Part shown: piece by piece, positions 25,101-33,510 of the stretch | How the letters are laid out: every line of letters starts with the position of its first letter | How positions within the stretch are numbered: position 1 is the stretch's first letter | Assembly: GCA_020638655.1 (NCBI GenBank) | Contig: JACKIC010000003.1 | Location: forward strand, 136,990 to 200,989 | Direction: 5' to 3' | DNA length: 64,000 bases | Source: Planctomycetota bacterium | Lineage (GTDB): Bacteria > Planctomycetota > UBA1135 > UBA2386 | Made by a program: the position numbers and the translations under genes | Notes under the pieces: model-generated | What the model was told of the DNA's origin: nothing | Database searches by the model: none | The model's input: only the letters and a program-made list of their open reading frames with translations

Positions 25101-27302
25101 GTGTCCCCGTCGCGCCCCTTCCGCGCCCCGATGCTCGGGGCCGCGCTCGTGTTCTCGTCCCTGATCGCGCCCGCTGCCGCCCAGGGAGACCTGATCGGCT
25201 TCGGCTCGCAGCGCTTCGACAGCCGGCTCGACGACGCCACCGACTACGTCGAGGTCGCCTGCGGCGACGGCCACGTGATCGCGCGGCGCCAGAGCGGCGA
25301 GGTCGTCGCGTTCGGCAGCAACAGCTTCGGTCAGTGCAACGTGCCGGCGCTGCCCCAGGGCATCAGCTGGGTCGAGCTGCGCGCCGGGGACCGGCACACG
25401 TTGTTGCGGCGTTCGGACGGCCAGGTGGTCGCGTTCGGGCGCAACACGCACGGACAGTGCAACGTGCCGGCGCTGCCGGTCGGCGTCGTCTACTCGCAGG
25501 TCGACGGCGGCGGCCTGCACTCGGTGGCGCTGCGCAGCGACGGGCTCGCGGTGGCGTTCGGGGACAACGCCTACGGGCAGTGCAACGTGCCGGCGCTGCC
25601 GTCCGGAGTCACCTACGTCGAAGCTGCGGCCGGCGAACGTCACACGGTGCTGCGGCGCTCGGACGGCGTCGTGCTCGCGTTCGGCGAGAACCTCTACGGT
25701 CAGTGCAACGTCGTCGCGCCGCCGCCCGGCTTGACCTACACCAAGGTCGACGCCGGGGTCTACCACACGATCTGCGTGCGGTCGGACGGCGCGATCGTCG
25801 GCTGGGGCGACAACTTCTTCGCGGTGCTCAACATCCTGCCGTTGCCGCCGGGGCTCAGCTACGTCGACGTCGTCGCGGGGCGTGGACAGAGCGTGGCGAT
25901 GCGCTCGGACGGCTCCGTGGTCGCGTGGGGCTACAACTACTTCCACGAGTGTGACGTGCCGGCGTTGCCGCCGGGGCTCGTCTACGTGCAGATCGCGGCC
26001 GGCGAGTACCAGTCGATGGCGCGCCGCTCCGACGGCCGCATGATCCGCTGGGGCTACAACTACTACAGCCAGCTCGGCGCGCCGGCGCTGCCCGCGGGGC
26101 TCGCCTACACGAAGGTCTCGGCCGGCGGCGGCAACACGCTGGCTCTGCGCTCGGACGGCGAGGTGATCGCCTGGGGCGACAACTACCAGGGGCAGAGCGC
26201 GCCGGTGCCGCTGCCGCCGGGGCTGACCTACGTCGACGTCGACGCGGGCTACGCGCACATGGTGGCGCTGCGTTCCGACGGCAGCGCGGTGGGCTGGGGC
26301 TACAACTTCAGCTACCAGGCGACGCCGCCGCCGTTGCCGCCGGGCCTCACCTACACCAAGGTCGTCGCCGGCGGTGAGCACTCGCTGGGGCTGCGCTCGG
26401 ACGGCTCGTTGATCGGGTGGGGTTTCAACGGGTTCGGCCCGACGACCATCCCGACGCTGCCGGCGGGCACGACCTGGCGCGACATCGACGCGGGTGGCGA
26501 GCACTCGCTGGCGCTGTTGTCGGACGGCTCGGTGCTGGCGTGGGGGCGCAACCTCGAAGGGCAGTGCAACGTGCCGGCGCTGCCGCTGCCCGTGCTGCAG
26601 ATCGCCGCGGGCATCGGTCACAGCGCCGTGCGACTCGCCGACGGTTCGCTGCGCGTCTGGGGCTGGAACGCGTTCGGGCAGTGCAACGTGCCGCCGCTGC
26701 CCGCGGGCGTGACATTCGTCGACGTGATCGCGGGGGGCAACCACACCGTGGCGCGGCGCTCGGACGGCCAGGTCGTGGCCTGGGGACGCAACCTGGAATC
26801 GCAGGTCGACGTGCCGGACCTGCCGGCTGGCGTCGGCTTCACCGAGGTGACCTGCGGCTACGACCACACGGTGGGACGGCTCGGCGCGGTCAGCCGGTGC
26901 GTGGTGTTCGGCGCGGGCTGCGCCGGTTCGGGGCCCGCGCCGCGCCTCGTGCCCGAAGACACGCCGCGGCTGGGGCGCGACTTCGCGCTGCGGTTGTTCG
27001 ACCTGCCCGCCAATGCCGCGCTGCTCTGTGCCGGCTTCAGCGACACCCAGGCCGCGGCCGGGCCGCTGCCCCTGGCGATGGCGCCCTACGGCATGCCGGG
27101 CTGCCAGTTGCACTGCAGCATCGAGGCGGTGACCTTCGTGGCCGGCACCGGCGGCGCGGCCCGCTCGGTGTTCGCCGTGCCGGGCAACCAGGCCCTGATC
27201 GGGCTGCGCTTCTTCCAGCAGGCCATGGTGTTCGACCCGGGCGCCGGCAACGGGCTGGCGGCCGTGATGTCCGATGCCATCGCCGCGACCGTGGGGGGCT
27301 GA
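25101..27302 (+). CDS. Exported RCC1-like beta-propeller repeat protein (13 repeats) with C-terminal recurrent module
   Basis: GGAG lies 6 nt upstream of GTG 25101 (alternative start ATG 25131). The signal peptide is ...MLGAALVFSSLIAPAAAQ. There are 13 units of ~39-41 aa carrying G-x-N-x-x-GQCNVPALP. The C-terminus is FGAGCAGSG...PLPLAMAPYGMPGCQL...VPGNQALIGLRFFQQAMVFD... Confidence 0.85.
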   Translation: MSPSRPFRAPMLGAALVFSSLIAPAAAQGDLIGFGSQRFDSRLDDATDYVEVACGDGHVIARRQSGEVVAFGSNSFGQCNVPALPQGISWVELRAGDRHTLLRRSDGQVVAFGRNTHGQCNVPALPVGVVYSQVDGGGLHSVALRSDGLAVAFGDNAYGQCNVPALPSGVTYVEAAAGERHTVLRRSDGVVLAFGENLYGQCNVVAPPPGLTYTKVDAGVYHTICVRSDGAIVGWGDNFFAVLNILPLPPGLSYVDVVAGRGQSVAMRSDGSVVAWGYNYFHECDVPALPPGLVYVQIAAGEYQSMARRSDGRMIRWGYNYYSQLGAPALPAGLAYTKVSAGGGNTLALRSDGEVIAWGDNYQGQSAPVPLPPGLTYVDVDAGYAHMVALRSDGSAVGWGYNFSYQATPPPLPPGLTYTKVVAGGEHSLGLRSDGSLIGWGFNGFGPTTIPTLPAGTTWRDIDAGGEHSLALLSDGSVLAWGRNLEGQCNVPALPLPVLQIAAGIGHSAVRLADGSLRVWGWNAFGQCNVPPLPAGVTFVDVIAGGNHTVARRSDGQVVAWGRNLESQVDVPDLPAGVGFTEVTCGYDHTVGRLGAVSRCVVFGAGCAGSGPAPRLVPEDTPRLGRDFALRLFDLPANAALLCAGFSDTQAAAGPLPLAMAPYGMPGCQLHCSIEAVTFVAGTGGAARSVFAVPGNQALIGLRFFQQAMVFDPGAGNGLAAVMSDAIAATVGG
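25240..26880 (+). repeat. In-frame tandem coding repeats (period 117-123 nt) of the RCC1-like gene
   Basis: The exact 23-mer CAGTGCAACGTGCCGGCGCTGCC occurs at 25332, 25455, 25578 and 26562. Near-copies occur at 25701 and 26679. Confidence 0.8.
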
Positions 27303-27346
27303 CCGGCCACCTTTCCTTCGCGGCCGGCCCGGGTAGGCTTCTGCCC

Positions 27347-27622
27347 ATGCTCAAGACCCTCGCTGTCCTGGTTCTGTCGTTCGGGCTGGCTGGTTGTGGT
27401 GGCTCGGCCGATGCCGCGGCCGTGGATTCCGGCGCCAAGTCCGACGCCGTGCTCGCGGCGCCTGCCGAAGGTGGCGGCGGCTGCTGTGGCGGTTGCGCCG
27501 ACGAAGGCGCCGCGCCGGCCGGCGAGGCCTGCTGCGCGGGCGAGGCGAAGGGCGGCGGCTGCTGCAGCGAAGGGCTGGTCGTGCCGCCCGCCGAGGCCAA
27601 GAAGGCCGACGGCAAGAACTGA
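27347..27622 (+). CDS. Small lipoprotein with three vicinal cysteine pairs
   Basis: ATG 27347. The signal peptide plus lipobox is MLKTLAVLVLSFGLAG|C. The mature part is Gly/Ala/Glu-rich with GGGGCCGGC, EACCAGE and GGGCCSEG, and ends in a Lys-rich tail. Confidence 0.55.
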   Translation: MLKTLAVLVLSFGLAGCGGSADAAAVDSGAKSDAVLAAPAEGGGGCCGGCADEGAAPAGEACCAGEAKGGGCCSEGLVVPPAEAKKADGKN

Positions 27623-27661
27623 TCGGGAAGAACGGATCGCGGCGCGTCGCGGCGTGTCGCG

Positions 27662-29383
27662 TCACTCAGTGTCGAGCGGCCGCTTCGCGAGTTTGCGCAG
27701 CGCCGCGCGCAGCTTCTTGTGGGCGTCGAGGCGCCGCACGTAGTCCGACTCGCGCGGGCCGCCCTTGGCGCGCGCGACCTCGGCCAGGTCCTGTAGTTCG
27801 CCCGCGCTCCAGTCGCTGACGCCGGGCAGGCACAGGATCAGCGGGCTCCAGCGCTGCCAGGCGCGCCGCTCGTCCTTGGACCAGCGCGTCCAGTCGCGCG
27901 CGCCGCAGAGCTCGGCGGCCTCGTCGGCGCAGACCTCGAGGCCGCGCTCGCGGTCGGCGCCGAAGCGCCGCGCCAGCAGGTCGGTAACGGCGACGCCGAG
28001 GTTGGCGATCGGGAACACGCCGACGACGTCGTCGCGCGTCTTGCCCGTCGACCAGTAGACGTTGTGCTCGGCGAGCTGCTGCAGCGTCGCGATCGAGGTG
28101 CGGTGGCCGGGCTTCTTGCGCATCTTCGCGAGCTCGCGTTCCATCGCCTTCAGGACCTGCGGGTCGCGCGCCCGGAAACCGAGCTTCTGGTAGAACCACC
28201 ACGCGCCCGACTGCAGGCCCTCGTCGTTGCCGCCGCCGCCCAGCTGATACGGGTAGATCGCGAAGGTGTCCGAGCCGTAGAGCTGCTGGGTCACCGCCAG
28301 CGCGCGGCCGTAGACGTGGCCGGCTTCGCCGCCGCGCCACGTGTCGAAGACGTTGTAGGCGACCTCGCTGCTGCCGAACAGGCCGCTGGTCAGCACGTAG
28401 CCGATCGGGACGCCGTTCTTGAGCGTCAGGTAGGCGTAGACGCCCTCGACGAGCAGTCGCCGATCGGGCCGCATGCCGACGACGGCGAACTCGAGCCCGT
28501 CCCCGCACTCGAACAGGCGCACGTCGCGCGGATCGCCGTAGGCGAACGCGTCGAGGTCGCGGTGGCGCACCACCATGGCGTCGCGGGCCAGCGCGATGAC
28601 GCGCGCGCCGTTCTTGTCGTTGAGTTCGACCTCGCGGGCACGGAACTTCACCGCCTGCTTCAGGTCGGGACGCGCGCGCTGCAGCGGCTCGACCTGGTAG
28701 TGCACGGGGCGGCCGTGCAGCAGCGCCCGCGATCGCGACGGCGCGCCGATCCGCGGCAGCAGGTCGAACTCGAAGTCGAGCTCCTCGAGGAAGGTCTCGC
28801 GCTCCTGCTCGGTGCGGCCGAGCCGCGCGCAGCGTTCGATCACGAAGTCCGCATCGGTCGTGCTCGGGCCGGCGAGGCGCCGGATCCACTCCTGCACGCT
28901 CCACTCGACCTCGTCGAGGCCGGGGGTCTCGGGCCACGTGGCCAGCAGCGCCAGCCGCTGCGCCAGTAGCTCCTCCTTCTCGAAGCTGTCCCAGACGATC
29001 TCGAGCGCGCCGGGCAGGCGCCGCGACAGCCAGATCGCGGTCGTCGCGAAGAACGCGAAGCGCGTCGTCGTGCCGGCGATGCCCGTGTCGCGCAGCGCCT
29101 CGCGGTGCGCGAGCAGGTCGTCGCGCGAGTCGAACCGGTCGAGGCACTCGACGACCTTGTCCAGCAGCGCGGCGTGGTCGGGGTAGGCGCGCAGGTGGCA
29201 CAGCACCTCGTGCAGGCGCTGCACGTCGTCGGCCGAGCGCAGGCGGCTGTGTTCGAGGAGGCGCAGCAGCTCGAACTTGCGGTCGCCGGAGCCGTCGCCG
29301 AAGTGGGAGGCGAGCTGCTCGAGCTCGGCGAGCAGCTTCTTCGAGGAGTCGCGGGTCGCGGACGTCTTGTTGACCTTGGCCAC
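27662..29383 (-). CDS. Large conserved-hypothetical protein with an embedded GNAT-like acyltransferase motif
   Basis: GTG 29383 is the only start near the ORF top. Composition is balanced (E/L/D/R). The segment ...GVPIGYVLTS...GGEAGHVYGRALAV...GAWWFYQKLGFR resembles the GNAT core. The N- and C-terminal helical regions are unassigned. Confidence 0.6.
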   Translation of the reverse strand: MAKVNKTSATRDSSKKLLAELEQLASHFGDGSGDRKFELLRLLEHSRLRSADDVQRLHEVLCHLRAYPDHAALLDKVVECLDRFDSRDDLLAHREALRDTGIAGTTTRFAFFATTAIWLSRRLPGALEIVWDSFEKEELLAQRLALLATWPETPGLDEVEWSVQEWIRRLAGPSTTDADFVIERCARLGRTEQERETFLEELDFEFDLLPRIGAPSRSRALLHGRPVHYQVEPLQRARPDLKQAVKFRAREVELNDKNGARVIALARDAMVVRHRDLDAFAYGDPRDVRLFECGDGLEFAVVGMRPDRRLLVEGVYAYLTLKNGVPIGYVLTSGLFGSSEVAYNVFDTWRGGEAGHVYGRALAVTQQLYGSDTFAIYPYQLGGGGNDEGLQSGAWWFYQKLGFRARDPQVLKAMERELAKMRKKPGHRTSIATLQQLAEHNVYWSTGKTRDDVVGVFPIANLGVAVTDLLARRFGADRERGLEVCADEAAELCGARDWTRWSKDERRAWQRWSPLILCLPGVSDWSAGELQDLAEVARAKGGPRESDYVRRLDAHKKLRAALRKLAKRPLDTE

Positions 29384-29448
29384 GGCGCGACCCTAGCAGC
29401 CGGGCCGTCGCGCCGCCATGCGTCGATGGGTGTAGGCCCCTGGAAGTG

Positions 29449-29489
29449 GAACGGGGCCGCGGCTGCCGGTGGCGGCCGCGACCCCGTTC
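29449..29489 (-). terminator. Strong GC hairpin downstream of PKD gene 1 (candidate intrinsic terminator, no clear U-tract)
   Basis: It forms a ~19-position stem with one mismatch and one G-U pair (GAACGGGGCCGCGGCTGCC / GGCGGCCGCGACCCCGTTC) and a 3-nt loop, 46 nt past stop 29535. A related GAACGGGGCCG...CGGCCCCTTC hairpin follows paralogue 2 at ~31912-31949. Confidence 0.45.
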
Positions 29490-29534
29490 GGCGCCCGTGG
29501 ACCGCGGAGGTCCCGGGCAAGCTTGCGCACGCGA

Positions 29535-31050
29535 TCAGTTGCCGATCAGCATGCCGGTGGCGTCCGACATCACCGCGCCGGCCGCGTTGGCCGCGAAGTC
29601 GATGACGATCGCCTGGTTGAAGAACTGCTGGCCCGAGAATGCCGGGTTGTTCGGGATGCTGAAGTTCCACACGACCTGGTTGTTGACGCCGGTCAGGAAC
29701 AGCGGCGCCTCGGTGGAGACGCGCAGGAAGCAACCCGCAGCGCCGAGTGAGGTCAGGTCGAGCGGCAGCGGGCCGAACAGCGACGTCGAGTTGCCGTAGC
29801 CGGTGACCATGATCGCGTTCGACAGGGGCAGGTTGTCGACGGTGATGCTCAGGTTGGTGCCGACGAGCGGCGCGCCGCTCGGCGTCAGCGCCGAGACCTG
29901 GCCCAGCGAGTTGGCGCAGCCGGTGCCGGCGAAGCCGATGCTCGCGGCGCCGTCATCGCTCCACGTCGAGTAGTGGAACGCGCCGTTGAAGACGCGCGGC
30001 GAGTTGGCGCCGGTGCCGAACAGGTTGTACTTGCCGAGGCCGCCGGCGACCGTCGGGTTGGGGCTGATCACCATGTTGGCGTCCGCGAACGGCCCCCAGT
30101 TGGCGGCCGAGCCGGTCGTGTAGCAAACACCCGCGCTGCCGGTCTGGAACGTCATCATCACCGCGAGGCTGAAGTTGCCCTGGGGCAGGTAGGCGGTGGT
30201 GTTGAGCGGCACGAACGTCAGCTGCGAGGTGGTGGTGGTGCCACCGACCGAGGTCGCCGTGCCGGTGCCGATCAGGCGCCAGGCGCTGGGCACCTGGTGA
30301 CGCACGACGCCGCCGACGAGGTCGAGGTAGCTGCCGTCCGAGGCGTACAGGTCCATCGTGAACGGACCGCTGTAGTTGTAGGGACGGCAGGTCACGCCGC
30401 AGATCTTGACGCCGTCGGGGTTGGTCACCTGCACGTCGAAGATGTTGCCGGCCGAGGCGCCGGTCGTGCCGTTGCCGCCCGAGTTGGCCGCGGCCAGCGT
30501 GCTCGGGGTGAGCACGATCGTATCCGTGGCAGTCGACGGGGCGCCGCACAGGCGGCTGGCCGTCAGCGTCACGTTCGCGGCGGTGCAGGTCGAGGCGTAG
30601 AAGTGCGCCGGGTTCTGCGTGGTGTCGTCGATGACGCTGTCACCGTCGAAGTCCCAGGCCCAGCTGGTCGGCGTCGGCACCGAGGTGTCGGTGAACAGCA
30701 CGACGCCCGGCGCGAGCAGCGAGTAGGTGAAGCTCGCGGCCACCGCGTCGGTGTTGATGTAGGCCGTGCGCGTGATCGTGTTCGGCGCGTGCGACGCGTC
30801 GACGACCGTCAGCGTGACGTCGTAGGAGCCGCAGTTGGGGTAGACGAACGTCGGGTTCTGCAGCGTGCTGTCGATGACGCTGTCGCCGTCGAAGTCCCAG
30901 GCCCAGCCGAGCACGCCGGCGGGGTCGCTGCTGTAGGAGTTGTCGCTGAAGTTGACGGACAGCGGCGAGGCGCCTCCTTGGACGTCGCTGCTGAACCCGG
31001 CGTAGAGGCCCTGCGCGGGCACATAGGTCACCTCGACGACGATGCCGTGG
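29535..31050 (-). repeat. Copy A of a ~1.5-kb tandemly duplicated segment (3' two-thirds of the PKD genes)
   Basis: By-eye alignment with 31993-33510 shows long identical runs (for example the first 50 nt, TCAGTTGCCGATCAGCATGCCGGTGGCGTCCGACATCACCGCGCCGGCC) and only scattered substitutions. Identity collapses 5' of ~31050/33510. Confidence 0.8.
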
Positions 31051-31685
31051 TTCGTCGTGGTGCCGTTGGGGGTCGGGTAGAGCGAACTCGAGAAGACGCG
31101 GCTCGACAGGGCCGTGGCCGTGCCGTCGATGTCCATGCTCGTCAGTGTGCCGCCCGAGAAGTTCGTGCCCCCCGGGAAGTCGGTGTCGATGGCGAGGTCG
31201 CCGGCGGCCGGGTCGTAGAGGAACGGCGTCGTGAAGGTCACGCCGACGTGCCAGGGGCCGGGCACACCCGTGCCGTTGCCGGTGCCGGGCAGGACGGTGA
31301 CAGGGCCGTTGTAGCAAACGGTGAGGTCAGGGCCGTGGTTGGCTGCGAACGACGCGCTCGTCACCGCGGCCTGATCGACCGCGGCGGTCGACAGGCTGAC
31401 CGTGCCCTGCGCGTAGGTGCCGCCGGTCCACGACGCGGTGCTGTCGTTGGCGCGCCAGCGCAGGCCCTGGATCAGGATCGGATAGTTGATCGACGCGGCG
31501 GTGAAGTTGGAGCTGTCGTAGCAGGCCAGGATCTTGAGGCCGGTCCAACCGGAGGCCGTGGTGCCCCAGGGGAAGGCGTTCGACGTGCTGCCGGCGGCGT
31601 TGGCCATGCCGACGGGAAGGACCGTGGTGAGCTGCGCGGTCGCGACGCTGGCGAGCGCGGCGACGGCGAGGAGGGTGCGTTGCAT
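29535..31685 (-). CDS. Exported multi-domain surface protein: N-terminal AFPWG domain, 2 PKD domains, beta-rich domain, C-terminal recurrent module (paralogue 1)
   Basis: ATG 31685 with signal peptide MQRTLLAVAALASVATAQ. The two PKD-type units carry WAWDFDGDSVID. The C-terminus is FAGTGCANSLG...PLPLDLTSLGAAGCFL...IPNNPAFSGQQFFNQAIVID...MLIGN. Confidence 0.85.
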   Translation of the reverse strand: MQRTLLAVAALASVATAQLTTVLPVGMANAAGSTSNAFPWGTTASGWTGLKILACYDSSNFTAASINYPILIQGLRWRANDSTASWTGGTYAQGTVSLSTAAVDQAAVTSASFAANHGPDLTVCYNGPVTVLPGTGNGTGVPGPWHVGVTFTTPFLYDPAAGDLAIDTDFPGGTNFSGGTLTSMDIDGTATALSSRVFSSSLYPTPNGTTTNHGIVVEVTYVPAQGLYAGFSSDVQGGASPLSVNFSDNSYSSDPAGVLGWAWDFDGDSVIDSTLQNPTFVYPNCGSYDVTLTVVDASHAPNTITRTAYINTDAVAASFTYSLLAPGVVLFTDTSVPTPTSWAWDFDGDSVIDDTTQNPAHFYASTCTAANVTLTASRLCGAPSTATDTIVLTPSTLAAANSGGNGTTGASAGNIFDVQVTNPDGVKICGVTCRPYNYSGPFTMDLYASDGSYLDLVGGVVRHQVPSAWRLIGTGTATSVGGTTTTSQLTFVPLNTTAYLPQGNFSLAVMMTFQTGSAGVCYTTGSAANWGPFADANMVISPNPTVAGGLGKYNLFGTGANSPRVFNGAFHYSTWSDDGAASIGFAGTGCANSLGQVSALTPSGAPLVGTNLSITVDNLPLSNAIMVTGYGNSTSLFGPLPLDLTSLGAAGCFLRVSTEAPLFLTGVNNQVVWNFSIPNNPAFSGQQFFNQAIVIDFAANAAGAVMSDATGMLIGN

Positions 31686-31992
31686 GCGGATTCTCTCGAA
31701 GGGGGGGGCAGGGGTGCCGCACGGAACCTCCCGTTTGGCGAAATAGACTAGCGCGACCATCCGCCTCTCCCGGCACGAGTCGCGAGTTCTCTTCCAGTCC
31801 GCGTGAGGACCCTTCGTTCGCACCGGCGCAACCGTTCGGTGGCGGGCCATGCCATCGGGCGCTTCGTCTCGACAGGCCACGGGTGACGTCGCCGCGATCG
31901 TCCCGAAACGAGAACGGGGCCGCTCCCCGAGTCGAGGAACGGCCCCTTCGTGCCGACCGATCAGCGGCCGGCAGATCGCATTCCGATCGAGA

Positions 31993-33510
31993 TCAGTTGC
32001 CGATCAGCATGCCGGTGGCGTCCGACATCACCGCGCCGGCCGAGTTGGCCGCGAAGTCGATGACGATCGCCTGGTTGTAGAACTGCTGGCCCGAGAACGC
32101 CGGGTTGTTCGGGATGTTGAAGTTCCAGACGATCTGGTTGTTGGCGCCGGCGACGAACAGCACCGCCTCGGTCGAGACGCGCAGGAAGCAGTCCGGCGCA
32201 CCGATCGAGGTGAGATCGAGCGGCAGCGGGCCGAACAGCGACGTCGTGTTGCCGTAGCCGGTGCACATGATCGCGTTCGACAGCGGCAGGTTGTCGGCCG
32301 TCAGCGTCAGGGTCGAGCCGACGGTCGGGTTGCCGCTCGGCGTCAGCGCCGAGACCTGGCCCAGCGAGTTGGCGCAGCCGGTGCCCGCGAAGCCGATGCC
32401 CGCGGCGCCGTCGTCGCTCCACGTCGAGTAGTGGAACCCGCCGTTGAAGACGCGCGGCGAGTTGGCGCCGGTGCCGAACAGGTTGTACTTGCCGAGGCCA
32501 CCAGCCACGGTCGGGTTGGGGCTGATCACCATGTTGGCGTCCGCGAACGGACCCCAGTTGGCGGCCGAGCCGGTCGTGTAGCAGACGCCGGCGCTGCCGG
32601 TCTGGAACGTCATCATCACCGCGAGGCTGAAGTTGCCCTGCGGCAGGTAGGCGTTGCTGGTCAGCGGCACGAAGGTCAGCTGCGAGGTGGTGGTGGTGCC
32701 ACCGACCGAGGTCGCGGTGCCGGTGCCGATCAGGCGCCAGGCGCTGGGCACCTGGTGACGCACGACGCCGCCGACGAGGTCGAGGTAGCTGCCGTCCGAG
32801 GCGTACAGGTCCATCGTGAACGGACCCGCGTAGTTGTAGGGACGGCAGGTCACGCCACAGATGTTGACGCCGTCGGGGTTGATCACCTGCACGTCGAAGA
32901 TGTTGCCGGCAGAGGCGCCGGTCGTGCCGTTGCCGCCCGCGTTGGCCGCGGCCAGCGTGCTCGGCGAGATCACGATCGCCTGGGTCGCGGTCGACGGGGC
33001 GCCGCACAGGCGGTTGGCCGTCAGGGTGACGGTCGCGCCGGTGCAGGCCGCCGCGTAGAAGTGCGCGGGGTTCTGCGTGGTGTCGTCGATGACGTTGTCA
33101 CCGTCGAAGTCCCAGGCCCAGCTGGTCGGCGTCGGCACCGAGGTGTCGGTGAACTGCATCACGCCCGGCGCGATCAGCGCGTAGGTGAAGCTCGCGGCCA
33201 CCGCGTCGGTGTTGATGTAGGCCGTGCGCGTCAGCGTGCTCGGCGAGTGCGAGGCGTCGACGACCGTCAGCGTGACGTCGTACGTGCCGCAGTTCTGGTA
33301 GACGAACGTCGGGTTCTGCAGCGTGCTGTCGACGACGCTGTCGCCGTCGAAGTCCCAGGCCCAGCCGAGCACGCCGGCGGGGTCGCTGCTGAAGGAGTTG
33401 TCGGTGAAGTTGACGGTCAGCGGCGAGGCGCCGCCCTGGACGTCGCTGCCGAAGCCCGCGTAGAGGCCCTGGGCCGGCACGTAGGTCACTTCGACCACGA
33501 CGCCGTGGCT
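31993..33510 (-). repeat. Copy B of the ~1.5-kb duplicated segment
   Basis: See copy A. The boundaries are approximate. Confidence 0.8.

Noticed and set aside
25240-26880. Regularly spaced exact repeats that could superficially suggest a CRISPR-like array
   Set aside because: The 117-123 nt period lies in-frame within a single long ORF that encodes RCC1-like blades. The intervening sequences are homologous to each other, not unique spacers. No cas genes are present.
29535-29940. Possibility that the shared C-terminal module is a PEP-CTERM, MYXO-CTERM, LPXTG or GlyGly-CTERM sorting signal
   Set aside because: None of the nine copies ends in a hydrophobic helix followed by basic residues. The module is >100 aa of beta-type sequence and also exists as free-standing proteins. 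A T9SS-type CTD cannot be excluded from sequence reading alone, but I saw no matching motifs.
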